DNA from: a virus
Taxonomy: Duplodnaviria; Caudoviricetes
IMG/VR virus record: IMGVR_UViG_3300038393_000800
Span: 1-48,668 of that record
DNA length: 48,668 nt
Reading direction: 5' to 3' (one strand)
The notes beneath the pieces were generated by a model that was not told where the DNA came from, made no database searches, and saw nothing but the letters and a program-made list of their open reading frames with translations. The position numbers were made by a program, and so were the translations under genes. This document shows, piece by piece, positions 1 to 9,963 of the stretch. The first letter of the stretch is position 1, and each line of letters starts with the position of its first letter.

Positions 1-1136
1 TTAGCAAAACTCATTCCCACAGCAACAGTTCTGCAGCATAGTTCAAGAGCTGCATTAGAACCATGACCACCTGGAGGTGATAAGATTGATCTGACAACGG
101 CGTTTGATGTCACACCAACTGCTGCATTAGCTGTCACTTTTGTCTGAGCTGATATAAATCCAGCTCCCGGGTCAAGAACTTCCACACGATAGATGATGTT
201 TGAGGCTAGTGCGTTGACTAATGCTCGTGCAACTACATTCACAGTCTCATTTCCAGAACCAGTCACTTGGACGCGTGGGTATATTTCATACTGTGTACCG
301 TTTTCAGGAACTGTATTAAAGAAGTTGTTTATCGTGATGAAGTTTCCGTTTCCAGTAGTAATGTAGTCTGTAATCGTTTTACTTTGGCCAATTGCTGATC
401 CGGAAGTGATGTATAGGAGACAATCTGTATAAAATCCATTAACCGTTTTAGCGGCTGAATTTGAAATTCTATACATGAGACTATTACCATCAATATTCGT
501 ATCTCCAGAAACAAACGTTCCCGTGATGTAATTGTGATATCCTTTTCCAGGATCATCAACTTTAATGACGTCGATTGATCCAGAAACCGCACTATCTCTG
601 ACTTCTGTGTTTGTAATGAGAGGAACGTACTCACTAGATGCAAATTTTAAAGCGGAAGCTGATGAGTATGAATACATATACTTCCATCGATAACCATCAG
701 ATGTTTGATATAAGTGAGTGTTAGAACCGACGATATCAGCAAAATTAGGCTGCACCGTTGAGTTAGAACCGTTGTTATTGTCTAAACACTTGAAGACGTG
801 ATGATAGGATGCTGTATTCACACAGACGTAGAAGTCTTCTTGATCAAGATCTTTCACCGTATCATCATACATCGCATAGACTACGTCTGCTTGGTATGGG
901 ATATTGCGAATAGCTAATGATACATCGTTATTCGTGATGAGTTTTCCCGAGATCATATTTCTGAATATGTCGATCTCAGTATTATTGACTGACGTATAAA
1001 CATCATCTATCACCGACGAATTTGCAGGAAGTGTATGATCAGCATTGAAAAAATAGTAATTAGACTGAGCAACGTCTTGAATGAATCTATTAGCTCGTTC
1101 ACTTCGATATGCAAATGTTGTAGAAACTGTGCTCAT
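1..1136 (-). CDS. gp8: Baseplate wedge subunit, gp8-like (runs off left edge; missing from ORF track)
   Basis: Manual translation from ATG at 1136: MSTVSTTFAYRSERANRFIQD...YAMYDD...FYVCVN...VFKCLDNN...TSDGYRWKYMYS...FASSEYVP. The VFKCL and DGYxWKYMY motifs are typical of gp8-like wedge proteins; lies downstream of gp6/gp7. Confidence 0.85.
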   Translation of the reverse strand, partial: MSTVSTTFAYRSERANRFIQDVAQSNYYFFNADHTLPANSSVIDDVYTSVNNTEIDIFRNMISGKLITNNDVSLAIRNIPYQADVVYAMYDDTVKDLDQEDFYVCVNTASYHHVFKCLDNNNGSNSTVQPNFADIVGSNTHLYQTSDGYRWKYMYSYSSASALKFASSEYVPLITNTEVRDSAVSGSIDVIKVDDPGKGYHNYITGTFVSGDTNIDGNSLMYRISNSAAKTVNGFYTDCLLYITSGSAIGQSKTITDYITTGNGNFITINNFFNTVPENGTQYEIYPRVQVTGSGNETVNVVARALVNALASNIIYRVEVLDPGAGFISAQTKVTANAAVGVTSNAVVRSILSPPGGHGSNAALELCCRTVAVGMSFA

Positions 1137-1144
1137 TTAAACCT

Positions 1145-4100
1145 CTATTGACTTATTCCATTTGCCGTTGCTGTACCAGCAGAATTACCAGTGAACATGC
1201 CGGTTGCGACTAATGTACCACTTACGTTAGAAACACTGTTGCTTTCTGCTGTAGTATTCAAGAACAACACGCTATTAGAAGCAGCATTCGATGTTCCTGA
1301 AGTACTACCAGATGTATCCATACCTGTAACACCAAAAGCATCACTGTTGGAAGAACCGGATGCAGAACCCTCAGTCATCATATAAGTGATCGTCTTAAAG
1401 CTGCTATTAGAAATTCCAGCTACTTGTCCAATACCAATGATTATAACGTTTCCATCAGTGTTTGATGAAAGACCAACGATGTGTGACGAACTTACTGATA
1501 ATTCACCATCCATATCAGAAGTAGTCATCATGCTAGCAAAATTCATCGTCCCAGCGACGTGGGTGATCTGCTTTAGCATGTCTACATATTTATCAAGAGT
1601 CACAGACGATCTTACGTCATATGAAAAGTCTTGGTAGTAATAACCGTCGTGAAGTTTTTTCTGATCGGATAAGAATCCGCCCTTCTGCTTATAATATCCT
1701 GATCCAGTTCCAATCGTAGAACATACTGCAACACCGGAAGCTGAAGACGTATTATTGACGAGTGTTACGTTTTGATCTGCGTAAAAACCAAACCCAGAGT
1801 CTATGATTGAAATCGATCCGATAGATCCATTTGAAACAGAGAGATTAGTATCAAAAACAGCGTCAAACCCAGAAGGCTCATCGCTTTCATAATCAACGGA
1901 GAAAACATTGGCGCTTATTCCTGACAAAACGCCAGTTACCACAGTAGTTGAATTTACAGTCGGAATGAAATCGTTTGTTGGATCAAAGCGAAGCCTTTTA
2001 AGATGGCTAATGCTGCTGTTCGAAGTCATCACTAGACCGCGGGCGTTTGTAGAAAGCTGAACTACTTCCTCGCCTATCGTGAAGCCTCCAGCATCAGTCG
2101 AGAGGACATAATCTTCACGATGATAAGGATAAGAAAGCTTATCATAGATCTTAATGATAGGTGCTGCTGTATAAGAAGTACCGTGATTGACTTTCGATAT
2201 ACTCGATATTCTACCAAACGTAACGTTTGTGAAATCTAAAGCTTCGTACAAATCAGATTGCGCATTAGCTGAAGCATTAGTAAATCCATATGATAAGGCA
2301 TCTAGATTAACGTTTGCATAATTATAAAGCTTACTTTGATCATATTGAACGTCTTCTGTATAGATCAGAGTATTTGATATCTCAAAATCGACACCAAATC
2401 CGGTAGAAACGCTTGTTACGATGCCTCTAGTATTTGAATCATTAGAATAAATGTAGTTACCATCATCTGAGATAAAATCAGATACTGTTTCATCAACGCC
2501 TATTGAAACTGAGATATTAACAGTATTTCCAATTATACTATTACTTGTATCATATAAAATACTTCCTAAACGGAATACGCCTTGGGTATTTGAGAGTGAA
2601 TATTGAGTGTTCGCGCCGGACGTATTGATGCGAATGACCGTACCAGAAGCTACAAGACTACCAACCGTATCATATTGACTTACGTTTGAATTAAGTTGGA
2701 TATTAGTGTTTGGATATGAGACTGTAAGAGTCAGATTATCTACAATACCAATAACGTTTCCAGTAGCGGTAGTGTTCGTGTATCCTGAAACGACTGATAC
2801 GTTAGCTGAGACTGCATTTCCTACAGTGAAGAATTGATTCGATGAAACGTCACCTGAAAGCAATGCTACTCTAATTTCACCTGTACTAGAATTCGCTTCA
2901 CTGACTTTTAGAACTCTAGCGTTTCCTCTGACTGAATTGTCAACGTTGTACGTAAAAATCTGATCACCGGGAACGAATGAACCATTTGCTGAGACGTAAG
3001 CGATATTCGCTGTTGGCTGTGTAACGGTTTCAAAAATATTAACGTAGCTGTTGATCCAAGGATTAGTGATCACATCAACGCTAACGTTTTCAACACGTAA
3101 GATGTGATCGGAGATGAGGATCTCCGTGTTTCCATCAGTAGTATATGCGTACCCACCGTCTTCAAATGTGAAATCCGCGATGCCTGATCTATTCACGATG
3201 GAAGCTACGCGTGCTTTTGCTGCAAATCCAGTGTTTGAATAGACGTCTAGAATATCACCGACTTTAAAGTCTTCACCTGTTCCGTTTACATCTATGAGAA
3301 CTTCAGTCAGCGATCCGAGTACGGAGATGCGTATACTCGGATCGAGTTTATCAGAGCCGGAGTAATCTAAGATATCACCATGTACGAATGTTCCGTTTAT
3401 AGCAGATACATATAGAACGTCTGATAGTTGACCATTGATGTTTCTACGAATGACGCGATCGACAAAAGCAGTTGCACCTGAGATTGATCCAACGATCTGA
3501 CGATTGTTTAATAGAATCGAATGATCTGACAACGTTACTTCAATGTATCTAGGCGTAATCCAGACACCGTCTGATAAACGGAAGACGTCTTCGCTTGGAT
3601 AATAGATCTCGATGTTCGTTCCAAAGATGATTCGAAACAGAAGCTCTAAAGCTTGAGGTGTTCCTTTAGCACGGTAGAGATCGAGAGTATGTTTTAAAAG
3701 AAGGCGAATGTCTACATTCGTATCGAATTGAATGCCGCTTAAGTACTTTTCTTTAAAGTGAACGATAAAATCTGAGATAGTCTGATCAACGTCAACATAT
3801 TCTAAAATACGCCTAGAATTATAAAGCTGATTCCTGGTCGGTGCGGTGTATGCATATGAAGATTTTACATTCGAGAACAGAGGATTGCTCTCAACGATCA
3901 GAAGTGTATCATTAGCGACTGTGTTAACTACAAACGTATCATAGAGATCGGGCGAGCGCCAGATAGCTATGTTGTCTCCAGAAGAAAAGTCAGCAGTAAA
4001 ATGTGTATTGATGCCGGTAATATACGTGTTCTGTGATGAAACATTCACCCAAGACGCAGCAGCGTTTGTAGTAGCAGCTGTTGTTATCGACTCAAGCCAC

Positions 4101-4210
4101 TTATAGTACGTTTCGACGAAAGCAATGAAAATTGGTCCCTCATCTTCATAGAAGCTGGGAAACTGATTCTTGATAAAAGTGCTTATGTCTTTCTGGATTA
4201 CATCTGCCAT
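1145..4210 (-). CDS. gp7: Baseplate wedge subunit, gp7-like
   Basis: N-terminal QFPSFY..FIAFVETYYKWLE, LYRAKGT..ALELLFRIIF, and C-terminal LHDGYYYQDFSYDVRS..HVAG motifs; between gp6 and gp8. Confidence 0.8.
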   Translation of the reverse strand: MADVIQKDISTFIKNQFPSFYEDEGPIFIAFVETYYKWLESITTAATTNAAASWVNVSSQNTYITGINTHFTADFSSGDNIAIWRSPDLYDTFVVNTVANDTLLIVESNPLFSNVKSSYAYTAPTRNQLYNSRRILEYVDVDQTISDFIVHFKEKYLSGIQFDTNVDIRLLLKHTLDLYRAKGTPQALELLFRIIFGTNIEIYYPSEDVFRLSDGVWITPRYIEVTLSDHSILLNNRQIVGSISGATAFVDRVIRRNINGQLSDVLYVSAINGTFVHGDILDYSGSDKLDPSIRISVLGSLTEVLIDVNGTGEDFKVGDILDVYSNTGFAAKARVASIVNRSGIADFTFEDGGYAYTTDGNTEILISDHILRVENVSVDVITNPWINSYVNIFETVTQPTANIAYVSANGSFVPGDQIFTYNVDNSVRGNARVLKVSEANSSTGEIRVALLSGDVSSNQFFTVGNAVSANVSVVSGYTNTTATGNVIGIVDNLTLTVSYPNTNIQLNSNVSQYDTVGSLVASGTVIRINTSGANTQYSLSNTQGVFRLGSILYDTSNSIIGNTVNISVSIGVDETVSDFISDDGNYIYSNDSNTRGIVTSVSTGFGVDFEISNTLIYTEDVQYDQSKLYNYANVNLDALSYGFTNASANAQSDLYEALDFTNVTFGRISSISKVNHGTSYTAAPIIKIYDKLSYPYHREDYVLSTDAGGFTIGEEVVQLSTNARGLVMTSNSSISHLKRLRFDPTNDFIPTVNSTTVVTGVLSGISANVFSVDYESDEPSGFDAVFDTNLSVSNGSIGSISIIDSGFGFYADQNVTLVNNTSSASGVAVCSTIGTGSGYYKQKGGFLSDQKKLHDGYYYQDFSYDVRSSVTLDKYVDMLKQITHVAGTMNFASMMTTSDMDGELSVSSSHIVGLSSNTDGNVIIIGIGQVAGISNSSFKTITYMMTEGSASGSSNSDAFGVTGMDTSGSTSGTSNAASNSVLFLNTTAESNSVSNVSGTLVATGMFTGNSAGTATANGISQ

Positions 4211-4212
4211 CG

Positions 4213-4908
4213 TTAGTATTTACTAACCGCTTTCGGACGCTGTGAGACTACTTGTGCATGAACGATATGGTGCTCACCATCAAAACTATGATGAGTAACA
4301 CGAAACTTCGTTCCGCGATGAAAGACTACTTCATCTTCATGCTGGTGCTCATTTCGATGAGAGTCAAAGTGATGTGCTTTTGTTCCAGGAGGAGCATGTA
4401 TCTGAATGATGTGCTTCTTCTGTTTATTGCCAAATTTAGCCGCTATGTGTTTGTGAAATGAAGCTGAAGTATACCCATGATCGGTGAACGTTGTACCCGG
4501 TTTTAGACCATTGTGACGCTCCATGTGTCCTTTAGTCAAGCCTCTATAAACGGTCATGTGTCCTTTAGTCTGATGAGAAGTCACATGATCGAGTTTCTTA
4601 ATCCTTCGCTTTTCATTGTCTTCGAGATCATAGTGCTCAGCGTGATTTTTCTGGGTTGCACGAAGGGAGTGGTTGATCTCTTGATTCTCTTTATATCGCT
4701 TGAGTTCTTCAACGTGAGACCGCTTCAAAGATCTAGCGTGCTCCTTGAATCCAGCTCGAACTTCACGGTGAGGATCATTATCTGGGAACTTCTCAACGAG
4801 AACCTCTTCTTCCAAATCATTAGGTGATCCTTCACAGTCATCGTCGTCCCATACAAACCGATTAGATCGATCTTTCATGTGTTCTATAAGCTGACTAAAC
4901 TTCAGCAT
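4213..4908 (-). CDS. ADP-ribosyltransferase (VIP2/Alt-like R-S-E clade)
   Basis: VYRG (R), GYTSAS (STS-like) and EDEVVFHRGTKF (ExE) catalytic motifs. Confidence 0.85.
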   Translation of the reverse strand: MLKFSQLIEHMKDRSNRFVWDDDDCEGSPNDLEEEVLVEKFPDNDPHREVRAGFKEHARSLKRSHVEELKRYKENQEINHSLRATQKNHAEHYDLEDNEKRRIKKLDHVTSHQTKGHMTVYRGLTKGHMERHNGLKPGTTFTDHGYTSASFHKHIAAKFGNKQKKHIIQIHAPPGTKAHHFDSHRNEHQHEDEVVFHRGTKFRVTHHSFDGEHHIVHAQVVSQRPKAVSKY

Positions 4909-4912
4909 ATCA

Positions 4913-6724
4913 CTACTCCCTTAGAGCTTCAACGACGATGTTGACTTCATCTGACTCAATAGTCATGATGTTCCTCTTCTGAGCTTTTACGTCTAGATCC
5001 TTAGGTCTAGCGAAGATCTTGAAGTAATCTCCATCATAGTTGTCAGGATTGAAGTTGCTTATATTAAGATCACCTGTGTCGTAGTTCACAGTACCAATCT
5101 GTTGAATTGAAGAAAACGAAGCAGCATTTCTTCGGATGATGTGAATTCCACCATTCCCATCGTCTTTAAGAAGAACAGCTTCGCCTTTAAAAGTGAAGAT
5201 CGATGAACGTATCACAGAATCAAAGCCAAACGCAGCCCCAGCTTCATCAATTTGACCAGAAGCTAAGGGAATACCAAAGGACAAAGATAGAGTTTGAGGA
5301 ACACCAGTCTGCGGTGTGATCTTTTTATACAGCTGAAGTGTTGTGATATTCGATATGATCGAAGGCTCACAGTTGTCGATAGCTTGAACTAACTTTGAAT
5401 AACGCATCGTTACTTGGAAATCGTCGAGATTCTCCTGATTATACGATGAGATAGCATCTGCCACTAGAGCTGAGATCAGCTCTTTTGAACTTGGAGATAT
5501 GTTTATGTTGTACCGAACTAACGTATCAACATGAATGTACGTGAATATTGGATCTTTAAAGATTGGAATTATGACGAGCGGATTGTGAGCTTTGATGAAG
5601 TCAGTGTATTCAGACTTTTTAGAATCCGGAAGACCGTCAATGCCGTTGAGATCAACTGAAATGATGACGTTTCTGAAGAGAGGAGGATTTTCTTCCTCAC
5701 CACCGTAGACATCCACAGCGTTTATCTCTGGAAAGTTCGTTTTAAGAAGAATAGCATAGTCTTGAGCGGTAACAGCTCTCTCCTGAACTTGATAAGCTCT
5801 GGGAGCGTAGTATCTGACGGATTCGATAGATTCCGAAACGGCGCCTCCAGAACCTGGAATCAGCGTCGTGATATTAGGATTATTACTTCCTCCAGTAAGC
5901 TCGGTAGATGAACCAGTCGGATCAAAGTTTATCGAGAATATCGACGCACCGTTGGAGATATCAGCGTTCGAGATTCGATAATCGAGAATAATGATCGAAT
6001 TTTGTTTAGGAGCGCGACCGAGGATTCCATCTCCAAACAAGATCTCATAGTTTCCATCTTCAGCTGCTTGTAGAAAGTACACTTTAGATTTATCATCAAT
6101 TCCTAGAAGAGACTTAGTGAACTTATATGTATCAGCCACCGTTGAACCATCTTCATACACAGCAACAGTCAGAGAAGATGTATCGACGTTTGGATTAGTG
6201 ATCTTGAAACGAGGAAACGGATTGATCTCATCCGATACGTAGACGTACGAATCTTTTACGTAGATTCCTTCATATATGTCAGTCTCAAATGAGAATGAAT
6301 TATTGGCTGAAGCGACTGTAAGCGTTTCGGGTATCGAGAAGACGAATGACTGATTCTTAATCAGTGTGTTGAATGAGTGTCCTTTCTGAATGATGTACGG
6401 TTGATTTACACCGGATGCATTGAAATTAACGCGAACACGAGCCATCGTCGATCGCCTCGATCGCGGGCAGTAGTTGAGAGGCTTAGCCTGAGAAAACACC
6501 GATGATTTAAGCTGAGCCGAATCTAAGAACGCTTCAGAGATAGCCATGTTCGTCCACCAAGCACCTTTTTCAGTGTTCTTAGTGAGAATATCGATGAGGA
6601 CGTTCATATCAGACCCGACGAAGTCGTAGTCTTTAAACTGCGGTTGAGATCGCGCAAAGTTGATGAGCGAGTTCTTTAACGCATGGAAATCTAACTCCGT
6701 AAACGTACTAGATGTATTAGCCAT
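4913..6724 (-). CDS. gp6: Baseplate wedge subunit gp6
   Basis: ELDF..LK, FKDYDF.GS, EAFLDSAQL, ESIESVRYYAP, QERAVTAQDY, VYGGEE and GTVNYDTG motifs. Confidence 0.95.
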   Translation of the reverse strand: MANTSSTFTELDFHALKNSLINFARSQPQFKDYDFVGSDMNVLIDILTKNTEKGAWWTNMAISEAFLDSAQLKSSVFSQAKPLNYCPRSRRSTMARVRVNFNASGVNQPYIIQKGHSFNTLIKNQSFVFSIPETLTVASANNSFSFETDIYEGIYVKDSYVYVSDEINPFPRFKITNPNVDTSSLTVAVYEDGSTVADTYKFTKSLLGIDDKSKVYFLQAAEDGNYEILFGDGILGRAPKQNSIIILDYRISNADISNGASIFSINFDPTGSSTELTGGSNNPNITTLIPGSGGAVSESIESVRYYAPRAYQVQERAVTAQDYAILLKTNFPEINAVDVYGGEEENPPLFRNVIISVDLNGIDGLPDSKKSEYTDFIKAHNPLVIIPIFKDPIFTYIHVDTLVRYNINISPSSKELISALVADAISSYNQENLDDFQVTMRYSKLVQAIDNCEPSIISNITTLQLYKKITPQTGVPQTLSLSFGIPLASGQIDEAGAAFGFDSVIRSSIFTFKGEAVLLKDDGNGGIHIIRRNAASFSSIQQIGTVNYDTGDLNISNFNPDNYDGDYFKIFARPKDLDVKAQKRNIMTIESDEVNIVVEALRE

Positions 6725-6726
6725 TC

Positions 6727-7149
6727 TTACCTTGCTCTCTTAAGTATAACTTCAAATGATATCTGTTCAGGAATGTTCACCATCGAAAACGTAATAGCAG
6801 CTCTAACCTCATTTACGTTATTAGGATTGCTCTGAACGTTGACAATCACGTTCTGTGCACGTGGTTCATCAGTTCGAATGGAATCTTCGAGTGTAGACTT
6901 CATCTCATTTAGAGCCGCTGGATCGTTGAATTCGAACACTGAGTTAGATAGTTTAGTTCCCACCAGCGGTTGATTGAATCTCTCACGCCGCATCGTCATA
7001 CAGATGTTCTTAATTGAGTTCTTGACTGAGTCTTCGTTCGTCAAGCGAGCGAGCAGTCCTGTTAACGGATTTTTATCGAGATTCGGCGTAAAATCCGAAT
7101 ATATGATCGGCTTCTTTCTCTCGATAGTAAATTTGTCTGCGCGGGCCAG
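6727..7149 (-). CDS. gp25: Baseplate wedge subunit gp25 (probable CTG start, 140 aa)
   Basis: NEDSVKNSIKNI..ERFNQP.VG..EPRA motifs. The frame extends 35 codons above the track start to a CTG preceded by GGGAGG (MARADKFTIERKKPIIYSDF...). Confidence 0.85.
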   Translation of the reverse strand: MARADKFTIERKKPIIYSDFTPNLDKNPLTGLLARLTNEDSVKNSIKNICMTMRRERFNQPLVGTKLSNSVFEFNDPAALNEMKSTLEDSIRTDEPRAQNVIVNVQSNPNNVNEVRAAITFSMVNIPEQISFEVILKRAR

Positions 7150-7157
7150 AGAAGCCT

Positions 7158-7189
7158 CCCTAAATACTGCATTTTCTATTATTTAGGGC
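7158..7189 (-). promoter_or_regulatory. Late promoter CTAAATA (7180-7186) inside an inverted repeat overlapping the gp25 RBS
   Basis: CCCTAAATA...TATTTAGGG inverted repeat. CCTAAATAATAGAAA also occurs upstream of gp48. Confidence 0.65.
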
Positions 7190-7191
7190 TA

Positions 7192-7220
7192 TTTACCGAT
7201 GCTTGTGTTTATGGTATACT
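7192..7220 (+). promoter_or_regulatory. Sigma70-like early promoter
   Basis: TTTACC-N17-TATACT upstream of the 7253 ORF. Confidence 0.6.
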
Positions 7221-7252
7221 CGAAATCTAAGTACTTTCAGGAGGACTTCGTG

Positions 7253-7657
7253 ATGACTCAGGAACTATCAATCCTCGTTCGTGAAGCTCTGAAAAACTCC
7301 CGTGAAAACGGATATGAACCGTTTGATATGCCCCTTGAAGCTCTAGCAACCGATCTGATGCTGTGCGACGCTGACATCGAGAAGTTTAACCCTAACGAAG
7401 TCTTGGCTGAACTTCTAGCGCAATCACTCGAGAAGTTCATGAACGACTCTATCAAGCAAGCTACGGGTCAAGAGCTTCTTGATTTTGCTGCGCGCGTTCG
7501 ATCTGAGGGAATGTTGGCTATGGTCGACATCATCACAGTAGATCGAGAAATTCCCGGCCATGAGAAGCAGTCTAAAGAACGGATAGCTTCACTCAAGGAG
7601 ATCATTGCTGATTCCCTTGAGTTCATCGGTAAGTACAAAGTATCCAGAAACCAATGA
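7253..7657 (+). CDS. Hypothetical protein
   Basis: ORF with AGGAGG RBS and its own promoter; opposite strand to the flanking baseplate genes. Confidence 0.7.
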   Translation: MTQELSILVREALKNSRENGYEPFDMPLEALATDLMLCDADIEKFNPNEVLAELLAQSLEKFMNDSIKQATGQELLDFAARVRSEGMLAMVDIITVDREIPGHEKQSKERIASLKEIIADSLEFIGKYKVSRNQ

Positions 7658-8452
7658 TCACAGGAAAGTCGTGGGAGGGGCGTGTGCTCCTCCCTTTTGC
7701 GCTTTAGTTCCCTCACTAGCGCCATACGTCTCAACTTTTGTAGAAGCGTTGATGGTAACGTCCGCACCTTGAGATTCGACTTTCACCGACTGCTGAGCAG
7801 ACTCCGTGATTGAACCCTGAGCAGAATCTGAGATATTGCCTTGAGCCGTTGCTTTAATATCTCCTTTAGCAACTTTGACGATATCGGCTCCTGTTTCTAA
7901 GTGAATGTCTCCATCTTTCGACGTGATCTGAACGGCACCTCCCTCACCGTGGATGAGCACTCGTCCTCCTTTGGCTTTCATCTCAATATCCCTCTCGGCT
8001 GCGAGAACGATGCTTCCTGAGCCAGTAGATAGTGACAAGTCGCCGGCAGCCGATACTTTCAAATGCCCAGTCGAGTGTAGGTCGCACTGACCATTCATCA
8101 CAATAGATGCGTTCTTAGCGACTTCGATGTGAGTGTCATGCGAGACTGAGAGGCGAGCTTGCCCCATTCCCTTCGTATCACTGTTGTGATCGTAGGTGAT
8201 GGTTACTCCACCCTTCTGATACGAGATAGAGTTGTTAGATGTGAACTGAACGTTCGTACCGTCGCTCCTGAACTCAGAATAGCTTCCAGAGGAGTGATAA
8301 ATCCTCATATTCTCCTCACCTTTTTTCGTGTTCAGATGAATGATAGTTCCATCAGGCCACTCGATCACTTTGAGGAGTCCAAACTCCTCAGTTGGGACTA
8401 TCTTCTTCGCCGTGAGCTCACCTTCAGGAAAGCGCTTATTAACGTCCGCCAT
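7658..8452 (-). CDS. gp5: gp5 C-terminal part (baseplate central spike, beta-helix); no OB-fold, no lysozyme
   Basis: WPDGTIIHLNTKKGEENMRIYHSSGSYSEFRSDG matches the gp5 segment preceding the beta-helix; followed by 8-residue periodic repeats (AKGDIKAT/AQGNISDS/AQGSITES). Confidence 0.8.
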   Translation of the reverse strand: MADVNKRFPEGELTAKKIVPTEEFGLLKVIEWPDGTIIHLNTKKGEENMRIYHSSGSYSEFRSDGTNVQFTSNNSISYQKGGVTITYDHNSDTKGMGQARLSVSHDTHIEVAKNASIVMNGQCDLHSTGHLKVSAAGDLSLSTGSGSIVLAAERDIEMKAKGGRVLIHGEGGAVQITSKDGDIHLETGADIVKVAKGDIKATAQGNISDSAQGSITESAQQSVKVESQGADVTINASTKVETYGASEGTKAQKGGAHAPPTTFL

Positions 8453-8609
8453 CTTTCTCTTCCTCGTCGTTTCCAGCAGTCGACTCTAGATATTTTTTAC
8501 GATCTTCGGCGCACTTCTGCTTGATGTGTTCAGGGCAATTGAATATGGTGCACATCCAGATCGATGAGATCAGTGAATCACATACTGGACACACTTGATT
8601 ATCTTTCAT
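8439..8609 (-). CDS. Small Cys-rich hypothetical protein
   Basis: MKDNQVCPVC...CTIFNCPEH; overlaps both neighbours as in coupled translation. Confidence 0.5.
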   Translation of the reverse strand: MKDNQVCPVCDSLISSIWMCTIFNCPEHIKQKCAEDRKKYLESTAGNDEEEKDGGR

Positions 8610-8970
8610 ACATCGTCCTGTAGTACTCATTATTCCAGCTGCTGTCGGCGAGCTTCTTTTCCAACTCAGTGATTCGATCGGCTTGCTTCTTACTAAATTC
8701 CACAGCGTAATCTGAGTATTCTTGAATCGCTTCTTTGAGTTCTTGGTGCTTCTTTTCAAGTGCATAGTCATATGCAACGTGCTTCTGAAGCGCTATCACT
8801 TCTCTGCTAAGTTGAGAGACGCGATCAGTAGCTTCTTTAAGAAGCCCAGTAAGCTCTTTGATCTGTTTGTCTTTAGCAGCAACTTCTATCTCCGCTTGAT
8901 CGATTGCATTCATAGCATCGTTTAAGAATATAGATGCGATGTTTAAGTTATCACTCAAGTTCATCTCCAA
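8599..8970 (-). CDS. Coiled-coil hypothetical protein
   Basis: Heptad-rich ORF downstream of a CTAAATA box at 8989-8995. Confidence 0.65.
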   Translation of the reverse strand: MEMNLSDNLNIASIFLNDAMNAIDQAEIEVAAKDKQIKELTGLLKEATDRVSQLSREVIALQKHVAYDYALEKKHQELKEAIQEYSDYAVEFSKKQADRITELEKKLADSSWNNEYYRTMYER

Positions 8971-8988
8971 TTTTTCATGATTTCAGAC

Positions 8989-8995
8989 TATTTAG
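8989..8995 (-). promoter_or_regulatory. Late promoter CTAAATA serving the gp5 C-terminal gene
   Basis: Same motif as before other late genes; intergenic. Confidence 0.55.
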
Positions 8996-9070
8996 TCGAC
9001 TTTTACGGGTATACACACCTATGTAATAGTTTAGAATTTCAGAGTTCGTTGATATGAAGAGGAACCAGAT

Positions 9071-9232
9071 ATGGCGAAAGTTATCGAGTTTCCCAAGCTA
9101 AACGATCGACGTAAAGATGAGAATTTTGAGACGGTGATCTGGGCTATCAAAGTTAATAAGGGCACTCCGTTTGAAGGATGGGTTGTATGTCACTCAACGG
9201 ATCTAGGTGCCGTAAAATTCGTTCGAGAATAA
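9071..9232 (+). CDS. Small hypothetical protein (53 aa, below ORF-track cutoff)
   Basis: GAGG RBS then MAKVIEFPKLNDRRKDENFETVIWAIK... Confidence 0.55.
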   Translation: MAKVIEFPKLNDRRKDENFETVIWAIKVNKGTPFEGWVVCHSTDLGAVKFVRE

Positions 9233-9236
9233 ACGA

Positions 9237-9265
9237 TTTACTTACGGAATTGAGTAGACTATAAT
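9237..9265 (+). promoter_or_regulatory. Sigma70-like early promoter
   Basis: TTTACT-N17-TATAAT. Confidence 0.65.
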
Positions 9266-9292
9266 GGTCACATCAAAATGAAAGGTGTGACC

Positions 9293-9490
9293 ATGAGCGT
9301 TGAACTCGATGAACGCGTTCTCGAAGACGATTATCCGATCTTTGGTGATTATCTCTACGTTGTAGACGGGAAACCGTATCGGTCAGATTGGCACGGAATC
9401 ACCGTTTCTGTCTTGAAGAAAAAGCTTAACGCAACTACGATCATGAATTGCGACATCTTCGGTCGCAGGAAGATGATGGGACTTAAATGA
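9293..9490 (+). CDS. Hypothetical protein
   Basis: ORF after the promoter with AAGG RBS; overlaps the next start (ATGA). Confidence 0.6.
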   Translation: MSVELDERVLEDDYPIFGDYLYVVDGKPYRSDWHGITVSVLKKKLNATTIMNCDIFGRRKMMGLK

Positions 9491-9951
9491 GCGGACGTGT
9501 AGTATTTCTCGACATCGATGGGCCGGTCATTCCATTTAGCATGTTTTTGATCGATCCGATGGCGTCGGCTGATCGAATCTTAGCACCTATTCCTCTCGCT
9601 GTTCTAAAAGTTCTATGTGAGAAATCCGGTGCTCTGGTCGTTTTCAACTCCACACACAATCAGTCGTGGGATGATATTCCCGACATCGATGAGCAGATGA
9701 TCGCTTATGGATTTTCCGGGGACTTCATTCACTCGGATATGAAGACGAAGTATCCAACTCTTAGCAGAGAAGACGCTGTTCTTGAGTGGTTGTCACGTCA
9801 TCCTAAGATCGATGATTGGATCGCGTTCGATGACGCGCGATTCACAGATGCTGAGAACTTGATCTGGGTTGATCCCGACGCTGGACTTCACCTCAGTCAC
9901 TTGAACAAAGCTTTGGATCGCTGGAACTGCTCGCAGTTTCTGGTCCTTTAA
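9487..9951 (+). CDS. HAD-family phosphatase (Swiss-army-knife RNA-repair-like HAD domain)
   Basis: VVFLDIDGPV motif I, VVFNST, WIAFDD, and VDP..GL. Confidence 0.8.
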   Translation: MSGRVVFLDIDGPVIPFSMFLIDPMASADRILAPIPLAVLKVLCEKSGALVVFNSTHNQSWDDIPDIDEQMIAYGFSGDFIHSDMKTKYPTLSREDAVLEWLSRHPKIDDWIAFDDARFTDAENLIWVDPDAGLHLSHLNKALDRWNCSQFLVL

Positions 9952-9963
9952 AGGAAAGCGAAG

